A stretch of 64,000 bases of DNA from a virus. The stretch is from positions 32,001-96,000 of IMG/VR virus record IMGVR_UViG_3300009285_005282; one strand, written 5' to 3'. The position numbers and the translations under genes are program-made. Under the pieces are notes generated by a model that saw only the letters and a program-made list of their open reading frames with translations, ran no database searches and was not told the origin of the DNA. Shown here piece by piece: positions 1-9,863 of the stretch (positions are counted from its first letter, which is position 1; each line of letters opens with the position of its first letter).

Positions 1-608
1 CGCTGTTGGAGGCAATCCGTAGCGGGGCGCATCCGCACACCCGAGAAGGCGTGGTGCTGCAGGAGATCGCGCGTCTGGCGCCACCAACCAAGGTCAAGTT
101 TCGTGAGGACCAGGATGTCTACGTGCGGGGGATCTACAGCAAGCCTCGAACTCAGGAACTGGGGCAGGCTGCGGGGTTCACCTACTCTTTGGAGCCTGAC
201 GGCCCTGTTGTCGGGCGGGTGGGTACGGGGCTGTCCCAGCAGCTGCGTGCGGAGCTGGCGCAGAACCCGGAGCGGTTCGTGGGGCGGGTTGCGAAGGTGG
301 AGTCTGCGGGGAGGCACATGTCAAGCGCCGGAAAGGCTGGCGCGCTGACCGGCTCTCCGGCGTTCAAGGAGTGGCACATCGACAAGACACCCCCCGAGTT
401 GTTGAAGAGCGGTCAGGAGGACGCGGACGCGCTGGGGTTGATCAACGCTGTCGGTGTTGGTCGGGCCGGGGTGGGGTTGACACCAGAGGAGCTGACGCAG
501 ATCCGCAGCCTACTGAAAAGCTACGCTCCGCGAGCGGCACGGATGAATGTGTCCTCTGGCAAGCTCTTTGGTATAGTACAGCGTCAGGTGCCCGGAGGTG
601 GCCAATGA
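1..608 (+). CDS. ATP-dependent DNA ligase, C-terminal part (5'-truncated by window)
   Basis: Motif IV EGVV, motif V TKVK, OB-fold GRVGTGLS signature; frame open from window start. Confidence 0.8.
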   Translation, partial: LLEAIRSGAHPHTREGVVLQEIARLAPPTKVKFREDQDVYVRGIYSKPRTQELGQAAGFTYSLEPDGPVVGRVGTGLSQQLRAELAQNPERFVGRVAKVESAGRHMSSAGKAGALTGSPAFKEWHIDKTPPELLKSGQEDADALGLINAVGVGRAGVGLTPEELTQIRSLLKSYAPRAARMNVSSGKLFGIVQRQVPGGGQ

Positions 609-1375
609 ACAATATGGTGCTTCACGCGTTTCGGTCCGAATTGGGGAAGATCGCGGCCTCCAAGGTCCGAAAGATGCTACGAGCTGGTGAGCTGGGGACG
701 GAGGAGCTGGCGCGGCTCTGGTATGAAGATGTGCCGCGTGACAGCTACCAGTCCGGTATGTGGCTGAGTCGCCGCAGAGTGCCCCGTCCGCTTCCGGTGG
801 CGGAGCAACAGACCGCGTTAGGTTTTACCGGGGAGGGTCCGCTAGGTCGCGCCAGGCAGGTGGGGGCTATTCTGAATCCGGGTTCTGTCCGCTTAGACCG
901 GGCACTGAGCCCGAAGGACACCCGCGCTCACGACCTAGAATTGAGGGATAAGGGGTGGGCGTACCTCAAGAATCACGGAGCACCCTTTAGCTTGCCCGAC
1001 AAGTTCGTACCGACACGTTCCGACCCGGTGCACGAGGCCAACCTGTGGCGTCAGGCGGCACACGAGCTAAAGTGGGACGCACGACGTGCAGCGGAGGCGG
1101 TGCATCAGCCGAAACCCCTCAAGGTGGGGCCGGTGTGGGAGCCGAAGAACGATCCTGAGTTCTTGCAGCGACAGGCGGCGGACAGGGCAGCTCGAATCGC
1201 GCACGTTCGGGAGGAGCTTCATACTCAAGCGGCTGTTCCCCCGAAGGGACTGAGCACTGCCGCCAAGGTTGGTATCGGCGCGGCTATTGGCGTGCCGGTC
1301 GTAGGTGGTGGGTCCCTCCTTGCGTACAAGTTGCACAAGGCGCGGCAGGCGCGAAAGGCTGAAGCAGCGCAGTGA
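605..1375 (+). CDS. Putative virion protein with F-x-x-E-L-x-K-I-A leader and C-terminal Gly-rich hydrophobic helix
   Basis: ATG at 605 overlaps ligase stop (ATGA); MNNMVLHAFRSELGKIAA...; C-terminal VGIGAAIGVPVVGGGSLLAY. Confidence 0.7.
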   Translation: MNNMVLHAFRSELGKIAASKVRKMLRAGELGTEELARLWYEDVPRDSYQSGMWLSRRRVPRPLPVAEQQTALGFTGEGPLGRARQVGAILNPGSVRLDRALSPKDTRAHDLELRDKGWAYLKNHGAPFSLPDKFVPTRSDPVHEANLWRQAAHELKWDARRAAEAVHQPKPLKVGPVWEPKNDPEFLQRQAADRAARIAHVREELHTQAAVPPKGLSTAAKVGIGAAIGVPVVGGGSLLAYKLHKARQARKAEAAQ

Positions 1376-2130
1376 ACCCCGTCGAGACATTCCTGGACGC
1401 TGACGCTGCCGAGCTAGAGAAGTTGGCGACAGAGCGTTCTCAACGTGAGTTGGAGCTGTGGCATCGGTGGGACCAGGGCGGCCGTAAAGCGGAGGAGCTG
1501 GAACCGCTCATGCAGAGTCTGGCGCCGCTTATCCATCAACGTTCCAACATCTACGCCGGCAAGGTGAACATTCCGCCTCCAGCGGTTCACGCGGAATTCC
1601 AGATTCAGGCCATCAACGCCATCCGTAGTTTTGACCCCAACCGCGGGGTGCAGCTGAACACGCACGTCACCACGCAGATGCGTCGGGGACAGCGGTTCAT
1701 CACGACCTATCAAAACATCGGTCGGATTGCCGAGCCGCGCATCTACCGCATCACCGAATTCAATGCTGCCAAAGCGACGTTGGGGGACACCCTGCAGCGT
1801 GAGCCGTCTGCGCATGAGCTGGCAGACCACATGAAGTGGTCCGTGAGCCAGGTCTCCGCAATGGAGAGCGAGCTACGCCGGGAGGTTCCCTCCTCAATGC
1901 TCCAGGCCGGTACGGAAGAGCTCCGTCCTTCCAAGGAGGGGGAGCTGCTACGGCTGCTTCAGTACGATCTCTCCCCCCAGGAGAAGACCGTGTACGAGTA
2001 CCTGCTCGGTGAGAACGGCAAGCCCCAGCTCCCACCGGGGCAAATTGCGCAGCGGATGGGGCTCTCCCCATCCAAGGTGTCCCGGATCAAGGCGGACATC
2101 GCCGCTAAAGCGTCGAGGTACACACGATGA
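1372..2130 (+). CDS. RNA polymerase sigma factor, sigma70 group 3 (FliA/SigF-like)
   Basis: Region 2 AIRSFDPNRGVQLNTHV, region 3 LQREPSAHELADHM, region 4 HTH LSPQEKTVY...IAQRMGLSPSKVSRIK. Confidence 0.9.
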   Translation: MNPVETFLDADAAELEKLATERSQRELELWHRWDQGGRKAEELEPLMQSLAPLIHQRSNIYAGKVNIPPPAVHAEFQIQAINAIRSFDPNRGVQLNTHVTTQMRRGQRFITTYQNIGRIAEPRIYRITEFNAAKATLGDTLQREPSAHELADHMKWSVSQVSAMESELRREVPSSMLQAGTEELRPSKEGELLRLLQYDLSPQEKTVYEYLLGENGKPQLPPGQIAQRMGLSPSKVSRIKADIAAKASRYTR

Positions 2131-2336
2131 CCAGAGACGAGCTGCTGGACGCGCTGGAGACAGCGGTGACAGAGTGGTCCGACCGGCGAACCCAGGAGCT
2201 GCAGGACGAAGTGGCGTTTCTCCGGTCGGTGTTCGACGGACGTACTGATGGTGGCCGACTGGCGGACTATGTTACACAGCGAGCGTCGGCGTTGGTGGTC
2301 GACTCCATCAACGACCTGCTGACAGGTGCGCAATGA
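2127..2336 (+). CDS. Hypothetical protein (69 aa)
   Basis: ATGA-coupled on both sides; helical composition. Confidence 0.7.
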   Translation: MTRDELLDALETAVTEWSDRRTQELQDEVAFLRSVFDGRTDGGRLADYVTQRASALVVDSINDLLTGAQ

Positions 2337-2746
2337 CCCGTTACGACATCATGCTGAAGTTGGCGGAGGAGCAGGGGCTGCTAGGTTCTATCAGGCAGCT
2401 GGGCAGGGTGGATCGTTCAGACCTGAAGATGCTGAAGCATGAGGTCGGAAAGGTCGCGCCGGCTACCCAGGCCGAGGAGAAAGCCTACGAGCTGGCGGGG
2501 CGTCCGTGGACCAAGGGTCAGTACGTCCGTGCCGGTCTACAGGCTCTTGGGGCCGGGGCTACGGCACATGGGGTGGGCACGTTGATCGAGGGCGGGGACA
2601 AGGAACTCGGCAAGACCGTGTGGAGCGAGCTCAAGAAGCCGCGAAAGCTGGCACGCTCTATGGTGATGGGGGCAATCTTCGCCGCCGGTTTGCCGGCCGC
2701 ACGGCGGATTATGGATATTGAGGCGGCCAAGCGCGGAAAGTTTTAG
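2333..2746 (+). CDS. Putative virion protein, KLA leader, Gly/Ala-rich hydrophobic helices
   Basis: MTRYDIMLKLA...; LGAGATAHGVG and MVMGAIFAAGL segments; translationally coupled. Confidence 0.65.
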   Translation: MTRYDIMLKLAEEQGLLGSIRQLGRVDRSDLKMLKHEVGKVAPATQAEEKAYELAGRPWTKGQYVRAGLQALGAGATAHGVGTLIEGGDKELGKTVWSELKKPRKLARSMVMGAIFAAGLPAARRIMDIEAAKRGKF

Positions 2747-2757
2747 TGGAGGTAGCG

Positions 2758-3444
2758 ATGTCCCAAGCCCCCAATCGCTCTCAGATCGAACTGTTAGCCG
2801 GAGTGCAAAGAATTGAGGGGGATCTGGCGGAGTTGAAGCCTTTGGTGCGGAGTACCCACACCGAGGTCAAGGTGCTAGCAAACAGCCTCTCTTCGTTGGA
2901 ACGACGGGTGGACAGTCTGGAGCGGAGCCCCCACGGGTGCACCCAGGTGACCACCGTGCAGTCATTGGACCAGCGAGTCTACGACGTTGAAGGGCGGCTG
3001 GAGCAGGTAGACAAGAGCGACGCGGTTGGCAAGACGCTTGCTTCGGGGGTTGACCATCGAGTCAGCGTGCTGGAGGCGCAAAAGGACGAGGAGGACACCT
3101 CCGAACTAAACTTTCGCCGCAGCTCCTGGCTGGCCATGTTTGGCATTGCCTTGACCATCATTGGAATGGCCGGCACCGCGATCTGGTATCTGAGTGGCCA
3201 GGACGCGGCGGCGCGCCAAACAGCGGAGCGAACCCAGGAGAACTCCAACCGAATCACCGCGCTGGAGCGGGCAATCACAGCGAACAACGAAGAGGTTCTC
3301 CGCAGGCTCGATACGTTACGTGGCGAGCTCCGGGGGCGCCCCGTTGTTAATACCAGCCCCTCCTTCGACGAATGGTACGCGGGCCTGACCACGCGGGAGC
3401 GCGCGCAGGTTCGGAAGCTGCAGCCGGCGCTCAGGAGTGATTGA
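2758..3444 (+). CDS. Coiled-coil membrane protein with one TM helix
   Basis: GGAGG RBS; heptad segments flanking WLAMFGIALTIIGMAGTAIWYL. Confidence 0.7.
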   Translation: MSQAPNRSQIELLAGVQRIEGDLAELKPLVRSTHTEVKVLANSLSSLERRVDSLERSPHGCTQVTTVQSLDQRVYDVEGRLEQVDKSDAVGKTLASGVDHRVSVLEAQKDEEDTSELNFRRSSWLAMFGIALTIIGMAGTAIWYLSGQDAAARQTAERTQENSNRITALERAITANNEEVLRRLDTLRGELRGRPVVNTSPSFDEWYAGLTTRERAQVRKLQPALRSD

Positions 3445-4381
3445 CATGCCCCATCGGCTCCACCTTACGGTTCCCGACCCCACTCCGTTGTTGGGGACGT
3501 TCAACAGCCTGCAGATCTGGCGTTCTGTCGACGGCGAAGAGGGGGAGTACACCCCGCTCAGCGCGGCCACGGTGCAGCCGGCGACCTTGACCGGGACGGA
3601 GGATGGGCCGTTTGACGTGGATGGTCTGACGTTTGAGCTCGCGGTGGACGGCAACACCCAGCTGGCAGAGCTGGACTCCCCCGACGGTTCGGTAGCGTCG
3701 GTTGTGGCCGCGGAGCTCGACACGCTGTTCATCGGGGCTTCGGTGAGCGTGTCCGGGGGGGTGCTGCGGATTGCCAGCGACAGCACTGGTTCCGCGTCTC
3801 GACTGACAGTTGGTGGGGGCACGGCTGTTACCGCGTTAGGGTTTGTCGAGAGCGACGACGCCTACGGTATGGAGCTGAACCTGCCGTTGGTGGGTGGAAC
3901 AACCGCCTACACCTTTGTGGACCTGAGTGGTGACCCAGCATACTACTACCGCTACCGTTACTTTCACAGCGGTACCGGCGCCGTCTCGGCGTTCAGCGCC
4001 CCGCTCCAGGCAGTTGCCGACCGCTTGTTGGATAGCTCAGATCTCATTCTGGCGACCCTGGACCTGTCCGATCTGGACGGTAACGCGCTGGCGGACGCGG
4101 ACGTGGCGATCTACCTACGGTATGTGCCCCCCCTGTTAGTGGGTAGCGTAGCCGTGCTCGGCAAGGAGCTCCTGTGGACGACGGACGAGGACGGGCATAT
4201 TGAGGAGTACCTACCTCGTGGGGCGGTGGTGGATGTGGCCATTCTGGGCACGAACATCGTGAGGCAGGTCACTGTACCCTCGACAGGCACGTCGTTCTCG
4301 CTCTTCGACGAGGTAGCCGCGGCTGACGACGTGTTCCAGATCCAGGTGCTGGACATCCCGGAGGCGGTGCGGCGGTCATGA
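3437..4381 (+). CDS. Putative structural protein (beta-rich)
   Basis: Acidic, beta-strand-rich, YYYRYRYF FN3-like strand; structural-gene context. Confidence 0.6.
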   Translation: MIDMPHRLHLTVPDPTPLLGTFNSLQIWRSVDGEEGEYTPLSAATVQPATLTGTEDGPFDVDGLTFELAVDGNTQLAELDSPDGSVASVVAAELDTLFIGASVSVSGGVLRIASDSTGSASRLTVGGGTAVTALGFVESDDAYGMELNLPLVGGTTAYTFVDLSGDPAYYYRYRYFHSGTGAVSAFSAPLQAVADRLLDSSDLILATLDLSDLDGNALADADVAIYLRYVPPLLVGSVAVLGKELLWTTDEDGHIEEYLPRGAVVDVAILGTNIVRQVTVPSTGTSFSLFDEVAAADDVFQIQVLDIPEAVRRS

Positions 4382-4653
4382 ACACTACCATCCCAGTTGC
4401 AGAGTTCTTTGCGGCAGCGCGTCAGATGGCTCGACGGTCCATGGTGACCGAGCTCCGCGCTATCGCCGTGGCGAGGGCGCAGGAGAGGGCGCTGCAGGAG
4501 CACCTAGCGACTGAGCGAGTGCGGCAAGTTGCCGCTATGCAGGTCAATGACATGCTGGCGCGGCGCGGGGTGGTGCTGCCAGGCACGATGACCACGCCTA
4601 TCTCGGCGCAGCTGGCGGCAGCTCAATCCGTGGAGGGCGGCTCATGGCGTTAG
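4378..4653 (+). CDS. Hypothetical protein (91 aa)
   Basis: ATGA coupling to upstream gene. Confidence 0.6.
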   Translation: MNTTIPVAEFFAAARQMARRSMVTELRAIAVARAQERALQEHLATERVRQVAAMQVNDMLARRGVVLPGTMTTPISAQLAAAQSVEGGSWR

Positions 4654-5597
4654 AGACCGTGCGTGTCTACGCGGTGAACGAGCTCGATGACCCGTTGGTC
4701 GGCGTACTGGTACGCGCCTACGATGGTACGGGTACGCTGGTCGGGCAGAACACCACTGCCCTGGTCGGCGTGGAGGCTTACTGCGAGTTGTACCTGGACG
4801 GTGGGAACCCTCCGGTCGAGTACACCGTGCGGCTGAGCAAGACCGGGGTGGCGTTCGACGGGGCGCTCGGCGCCGACAACCGGACCCCGCAGACCGTCGC
4901 CATTTACAGTCCGCCAGCGTTGGCTCCGGTAACCGGGACCAACAACTTTCAGGTGCAGGGCCAGACCTTCTCCCGGCCGGCGGCGCTAGACCCGCGGCTG
5001 TGTCGCTGCTCAGGGGTCTTTCGGGACGCGTCGGGCAGACCACTGGAGGGTCTTTCCCTAGCGATCCACCCGACCTGTTTCAACGACGGGCAGGCGGATC
5101 TGACCCCGCTGATCGTGGATGACGACGCAGTGATGCTAGGTAGTGCCATCCTGCTCAAGACGGACGAGGACGGGTACGTTGTCTGCGACCTGTACCGCGG
5201 CGCGGATGTGGGAATCATGGTTGCGGGGTTCGAGCACTCCTGGCGGCGTGTTCGCGTTCCTGACGCCGCTTCGGTCAACGTGGTGCACCTGCTGTTCCCT
5301 GTGGTGCAGTCCGTCACCTACGACCCAGACCCGGTCTCGGTTGCCGCGGGAGCAGCAGTCGACGTGACCGCTACCGTCCTGGCGACCGACGGGCAGGTTT
5401 TGGATCTTGCTGACGGTGACCTCCTGTTCTCCTCAGATGATGAGGGGGTTGCGACCGTCTCGGTTGTGGATGGACGACTCAGGGTCACAGGCGTGGCCGC
5501 CGGGTCCGCGGAGGTGGTTGCGGTACGGGCTGACGAGACCATTGTGGTTGTGCCCACGCCTGTATACGCGTCGGTGGTGGTGACGGTGACCCCGTGA
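4644..5597 (+). CDS. Structural protein with C-terminal Ig-like (Big_2-type) domain
   Basis: FSSDDEGVATVSVVDGRLRVTGVAAGSAEVVA is a typical Ig group-2 pattern. Confidence 0.7.
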   Translation: MALETVRVYAVNELDDPLVGVLVRAYDGTGTLVGQNTTALVGVEAYCELYLDGGNPPVEYTVRLSKTGVAFDGALGADNRTPQTVAIYSPPALAPVTGTNNFQVQGQTFSRPAALDPRLCRCSGVFRDASGRPLEGLSLAIHPTCFNDGQADLTPLIVDDDAVMLGSAILLKTDEDGYVVCDLYRGADVGIMVAGFEHSWRRVRVPDAASVNVVHLLFPVVQSVTYDPDPVSVAAGAAVDVTATVLATDGQVLDLADGDLLFSSDDEGVATVSVVDGRLRVTGVAAGSAEVVAVRADETIVVVPTPVYASVVVTVTP

Positions 5598-5944
5598 TTG
5601 CGCCGCGCAGGGGGCTGGAGGAGCACTACTGGCGGATCAGCAAGGAGGCCGGGGCGTGCCGTGCGGTGTGCGCTGCGGTGTTGGAACGTACTTTGCGGGA
5701 CCTGTACACGTACCAGGACCAGCGCAACCCGAAGCGGAAGAAGGTGTATCAGGACGCTCTACGGTGGGTTACGGACGAACAGGTCCCGGAGACGGTGGTC
5801 ATGAGCTTTGGTTGGATCTGCCTTTCGCTGGATCTGCAGCCGGAGCAAATTCGGGCGCAGGTGCTGGAATTCCAGCAGGGTAATTTTCAGCACCTGTACG
5901 AGTTTTTGACGGAGCAGCGGTGTCCTACACGGAAGACGAGATAG
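5594..5944 (+). CDS. Hypothetical phage protein
   Basis: GTGA coupling; DALRW...SFGWICLSLDLQPEQIR pattern. Confidence 0.6.
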   Translation: MIAPRRGLEEHYWRISKEAGACRAVCAAVLERTLRDLYTYQDQRNPKRKKVYQDALRWVTDEQVPETVVMSFGWICLSLDLQPEQIRAQVLEFQQGNFQHLYEFLTEQRCPTRKTR

Positions 5945-8910
5945 CCTCCGCCGTTGGCGAGCTGGTCCAGGGCACGTTGACCTTCCCCACCATTGCTGGG
6001 CAGAAGGACCGCGGCGCGGCTTACCGTGAGGTGCTGGAGCTGGTGGTGTCGGTCTTGCTCCAGGACCCAGACAGCGGTTTGCACTTCATTCTTCTTGGTC
6101 TGCGACGACTGGCGGCGCTGGTGACACAGGAGCTTACTGCGTGCTCTAGCTTGCAGGAGGCGCTCGACGATCTGGCAATGCCTAATCTGCCCGTGGAGTC
6201 AGTACAGGCGTTGCGCTCTGCCGCCGCGGGAGCGCAGGCGCTGCAGACCGCAGCTGCACGACGGGGCGGCGTGGCTGGTCCAGAGCTGGTTCGCTGCACT
6301 GTGGCGTTGGGGCGCGTTCGGGAGACGCTGGCCCGCTCGGTTCGGCAGTGCTACGTGCCCCGTGGGGCGGCCCAGAGTGTGACTGACCTGGTACGCCCCG
6401 CCGACGAAGCGCGCCCACAGGTACTGCGCTACCTGGCCGACGTGGAGGAGCTGCACGAAAAAGTGTTGGCGCGAGCCGACCAGCTTCTGGCAGCTCGTGC
6501 CGAGCTCACCGACGGTGGAGTGCAGCAGCTAGCTGCCTCCCGCCAGCTCTCCAGGGTTGCAACACAGCTCGACACCCTGCACTCGACGTTGGATGCGTTG
6601 AACTCCCACGAGCGGGTGTCCATGGCCCGTTCTTCCTTGTTGCAGGTGCTGGCTAGCACCAGCCTCCTGGAGTTGCTACAGCGAACCGGGGGCACAACCC
6701 GGCTTGAACAGATCGTGTCCCCCTCGCCAACGTACCGTGTTCGGGCTTACGGTTCCGGCTCGGCGCCGTCGGTGTCGGGAACGTTGTCCAGTCCCTACAC
6801 CCTGTACCCCGCCGGCCCGCACGTTGTTGGGTTTTCCTCCCTCAACGGGGTCGTCCACACCGTAGATGTGTTCTCCGGTGGGGTTTCGGAAGTTGCCGCC
6901 TCCAGTGTTGCCACCCTGCTAGGTGGAGGAGAGGGTGATTTCGCCATTGCCGGGGACTTGGCAACTCCCTACGTGCTGCTGTCCGCGGTGGAGAACTACG
7001 ACACCAACGTGAACGGCTACATGTTCTACCTGGCCGTAGATGGGGTGCTGTACGAAAAAGCTCTTCCATTTGGTGTCCTTACCGCGGCGCAGGTACAGAT
7101 TGCTCTGTCCGCGGCGCCGGGGTGGACGTGCCACTCCGGGGGCGTAGTGCCGCCCCCGGTAACGTTCGCCGTGGTGGGCGGCAAGGTACAGATCACCTAC
7201 GTGGGTTCCGGTGTTCCTACCAGCTACCGCGGGAGGTCCATGGAGGTTGGACGAGGGTTCCAGTACGCCTCCGATCTTTGGAACTGGACGGTGGACCCTG
7301 GTGCCGGACCCGTGGCGGCAGACCGGTCGGCGGGCTGGGACGCGAACGATAAGTTGTGGGTGCAGCCTAACGATTACCCAGGGAAGATCGAGGTGGCGCT
7401 TCCGGTTGGTGTCTGGCCTGACTACTACGTCACCGCCGGCAACGTGGCGGCAGCTATCGACGCAGCGGCTGTTGCGGCCGGGGAAGCGTTCACTGCGACA
7501 GCGGACGGGACCCGTGTGCGGGTGAGCTCTACGCTGTATGGCGAGGGCTCTATTGTCACCTTACGTTCTGGCGGGCTGTACGGCGCTGGTGCGCCCATGG
7601 CAGACCCCAAGCCGGGCACCGGCACCCCCAGCGAGCTGGCGTTGAGGACCTTGGGCTTCGTGGGGGATGAGGAGTCCCGTGGGGCGGACGTCCCCCTCTC
7701 TTCGGTAGTGACCCGTCTCAACGATGATTCCGCCTTCACGGCTGCCGCAACTGCAACCGCGGAAAAGGTTGTCTATCTGACCAGTCGGCTGGCGGTACGT
7801 TCGGCGGCCAGTGCGCTGCGTGTTCCGGTAGAGGCAGATCCGCTGGCTACCTGGCCTGCGTACGGGGAGCTGCGGGTTACCGTGGTCAACGGTGACAACT
7901 CGGGAGTCTACGCGCTCAGCGGGGCGCCGTCGTGGGCTGCGGGTCTTCTCACCTTACCGCTGACTCGACGGTTGCGGGACACTACCGCTGGCAGGTTGCA
8001 CGCCGTTCAGGTGTACCGGGAACGGCTGGTGCTGACTTCCAAAGACGCAACCCTGACCGGAGAGTTGGAGCTCGATGACCCTGTTGGGTCCTGTCGTGCG
8101 GTGCTCGGGCTCGACGCGGCGAAGCATGCGGGAACGGTGGGCTCACTGCTTTTCGAGCAGAATGACGTCGTGCATGGCTGGCTCGCCATGGACCTTCGCC
8201 GGCTGGGGTTCAAAGTCGCCGACCAGTTGCTCTCCAACGGCGCGGTGCAAACAACCATCTCGGCGCTCACCGACTTGGCGCAGGGAGTGGTCGCGGTGTC
8301 CCCTGGGGTGGTCCCGTCGTTCGGTCTTTCCTCGGCGGGGTTCGTGGTGCAGTCCGGAACCTATGCGGTGTACCTCGCCGGGGTTGCGGTGCTACAGTCG
8401 TGGATGTCCTCATTGGGGGGGTGGGTGGACCTGCGTTTGGTGTATCGCGCTTCAGAGCGGCTGTTGGCGGGCTCCCCCACTCGGGCACAGGTGGACCGGG
8501 TTTACACGTTGGTCGAGGAGCTAGTGACACTGCTGACCGTCTTGCAAATAGGGTTGGCCGCGGTGCAGTTGTCGAGCAACAGCGGCGCCGACCGGGCGCT
8601 GCGCACTTTGGAGTCGCATGGGTATACCCGTGCCCGAGATTTGTTGTTGGCTGGCAGGTTCGCGGAGCTGTTTGCATCGGACGCCGAGGGGGCCACGTAC
8701 AGTCGGGCGCTGCAGAAGACTGCGAACGAAGTGGCGGTGGAGCTGGTGAACAACACTACTGGGGCGCGAGCGCGGGTGGGCTCCTCTTTTGCCCGTGTCC
8801 GCACCTCGTGGTCTGACGTCGACCCGGCGTACACGTTCAACGACGTGGAGGACGAACTCCCGGAGTCACCAGTGCTGGACTATCCAACGACTGAGGATGG
8901 TGGAGCGTGA
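5920..8910 (+). CDS. Large putative baseplate/tail structural protein (996 aa)
   Basis: Helical N- and C-termini around a beta-rich core; directly upstream of baseplate genes. Confidence 0.6.
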   Translation: MSYTEDEIASAVGELVQGTLTFPTIAGQKDRGAAYREVLELVVSVLLQDPDSGLHFILLGLRRLAALVTQELTACSSLQEALDDLAMPNLPVESVQALRSAAAGAQALQTAAARRGGVAGPELVRCTVALGRVRETLARSVRQCYVPRGAAQSVTDLVRPADEARPQVLRYLADVEELHEKVLARADQLLAARAELTDGGVQQLAASRQLSRVATQLDTLHSTLDALNSHERVSMARSSLLQVLASTSLLELLQRTGGTTRLEQIVSPSPTYRVRAYGSGSAPSVSGTLSSPYTLYPAGPHVVGFSSLNGVVHTVDVFSGGVSEVAASSVATLLGGGEGDFAIAGDLATPYVLLSAVENYDTNVNGYMFYLAVDGVLYEKALPFGVLTAAQVQIALSAAPGWTCHSGGVVPPPVTFAVVGGKVQITYVGSGVPTSYRGRSMEVGRGFQYASDLWNWTVDPGAGPVAADRSAGWDANDKLWVQPNDYPGKIEVALPVGVWPDYYVTAGNVAAAIDAAAVAAGEAFTATADGTRVRVSSTLYGEGSIVTLRSGGLYGAGAPMADPKPGTGTPSELALRTLGFVGDEESRGADVPLSSVVTRLNDDSAFTAAATATAEKVVYLTSRLAVRSAASALRVPVEADPLATWPAYGELRVTVVNGDNSGVYALSGAPSWAAGLLTLPLTRRLRDTTAGRLHAVQVYRERLVLTSKDATLTGELELDDPVGSCRAVLGLDAAKHAGTVGSLLFEQNDVVHGWLAMDLRRLGFKVADQLLSNGAVQTTISALTDLAQGVVAVSPGVVPSFGLSSAGFVVQSGTYAVYLAGVAVLQSWMSSLGGWVDLRLVYRASERLLAGSPTRAQVDRVYTLVEELVTLLTVLQIGLAAVQLSSNSGADRALRTLESHGYTRARDLLLAGRFAELFASDAEGATYSRALQKTANEVAVELVNNTTGARARVGSSFARVRTSWSDVDPAYTFNDVEDELPESPVLDYPTTEDGGA

Positions 8911-9215
8911 CCGAAGCGCGCGCAACGGACCAACTGCGGGAGGTACTGGCACGAGGGTTCGCGTTCGTTCGGAGTTGCGAGACCACCGAGGCTGTGTCCG
9001 CAGCGACCTTTGAGGAGCTTTTGGCGCGGAGTATCCAGGAGATCGAGGGGGACGCTCCGCTGCGCCCCGGTAAGCTCTCCCAGGTGCAGCGCTTACACGA
9101 CGAGGTTCTAGCCGCCATAGCCCAGGCGCGGGAGATGCCAGCCGAGACGTTCGACCTACGGGGTGCGGCCAGCACGCGTGAAGACGGAACTGGTCAGGAG
9201 GGGCTTGATGGTTGA
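8907..9215 (+). CDS. Hypothetical protein (102 aa)
   Basis: GTGA coupling; helical. Confidence 0.55.
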   Translation: MTEARATDQLREVLARGFAFVRSCETTEAVSAATFEELLARSIQEIEGDAPLRPGKLSQVQRLHDEVLAAIAQAREMPAETFDLRGAASTREDGTGQEGLDG

Positions 9216-9861
9216 CCTGCAGGTCATCGAGATCCGAGACCTGTTGCGTGTAAGCTCGGTGGAGCACGTGCCCGGCCTAGCCGTGCCCACCGTGCAGTTG
9301 ACCGGTGAGGACTTTCTGCACGTGCAGGACGTATTCCTCAACGAGACCCAATGCCCGGACGTGGTGGTGCTCTCAGCGACTTCGCTGTTGGCGCAGCTGC
9401 CCGAGTCCGTAGTGGACCGGCAGATCGTTTCGGTGGTGGTCTCCAGCACCCGGCTGACACGAACCGCGCGCAGCACCATCGCTTTCCGGGTCGCCGACAG
9501 CCCTGGGACCGTAGACGGGCTGACCCGGCTGATCCAGACCTTTGTGAAGCTCGTGCTTACCACGCCAGGAACCGATATCTTCTCACGTAAGGTTGGTGGT
9601 GGGCTGCTCGGGGTAGTCGGGAAGCAGACTGCGGACTCCACGGCGCAGATGCTCTCCGCGGACTTCAGCCTGGCGGTTACACGAGCACGGCAGCAGCTCA
9701 TGACGTTGCAGGCGGCCAACCCGAAGCTGAGCCTGTCGGAGCGGCTAGCTTACGCCACCGTAGTTGGGATTCACTACGACCCCTCCGACTTGTCGATGGT
9801 GGGTCGGGTCGCGCTTGGCAACCAAACTGGGCGGGGGTCGGTTGTCGGAATGGGGCTGTAG
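9208..9861 (+). CDS. Putative baseplate wedge protein (gp25/GpW-like C-terminal domain)
   Basis: AGGAGG RBS; LIQTFVKLVLTTPGTDIFSRKVGGGL resembles the gp25 L-x-T-x-x-G motif; precedes a J-like gene. Confidence 0.6.
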   Translation: MVDLQVIEIRDLLRVSSVEHVPGLAVPTVQLTGEDFLHVQDVFLNETQCPDVVVLSATSLLAQLPESVVDRQIVSVVVSSTRLTRTARSTIAFRVADSPGTVDGLTRLIQTFVKLVLTTPGTDIFSRKVGGGLLGVVGKQTADSTAQMLSADFSLAVTRARQQLMTLQAANPKLSLSERLAYATVVGIHYDPSDLSMVGRVALGNQTGRGSVVGMGL

Positions 9862-9863
9862 CC

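Noticed and set aside
371-604. Extended N-terminus of ORF 371-1375
   Set aside because: Overlaps the ligase; ATG 605 is coupled to the ligase stop and begins with the leader motif
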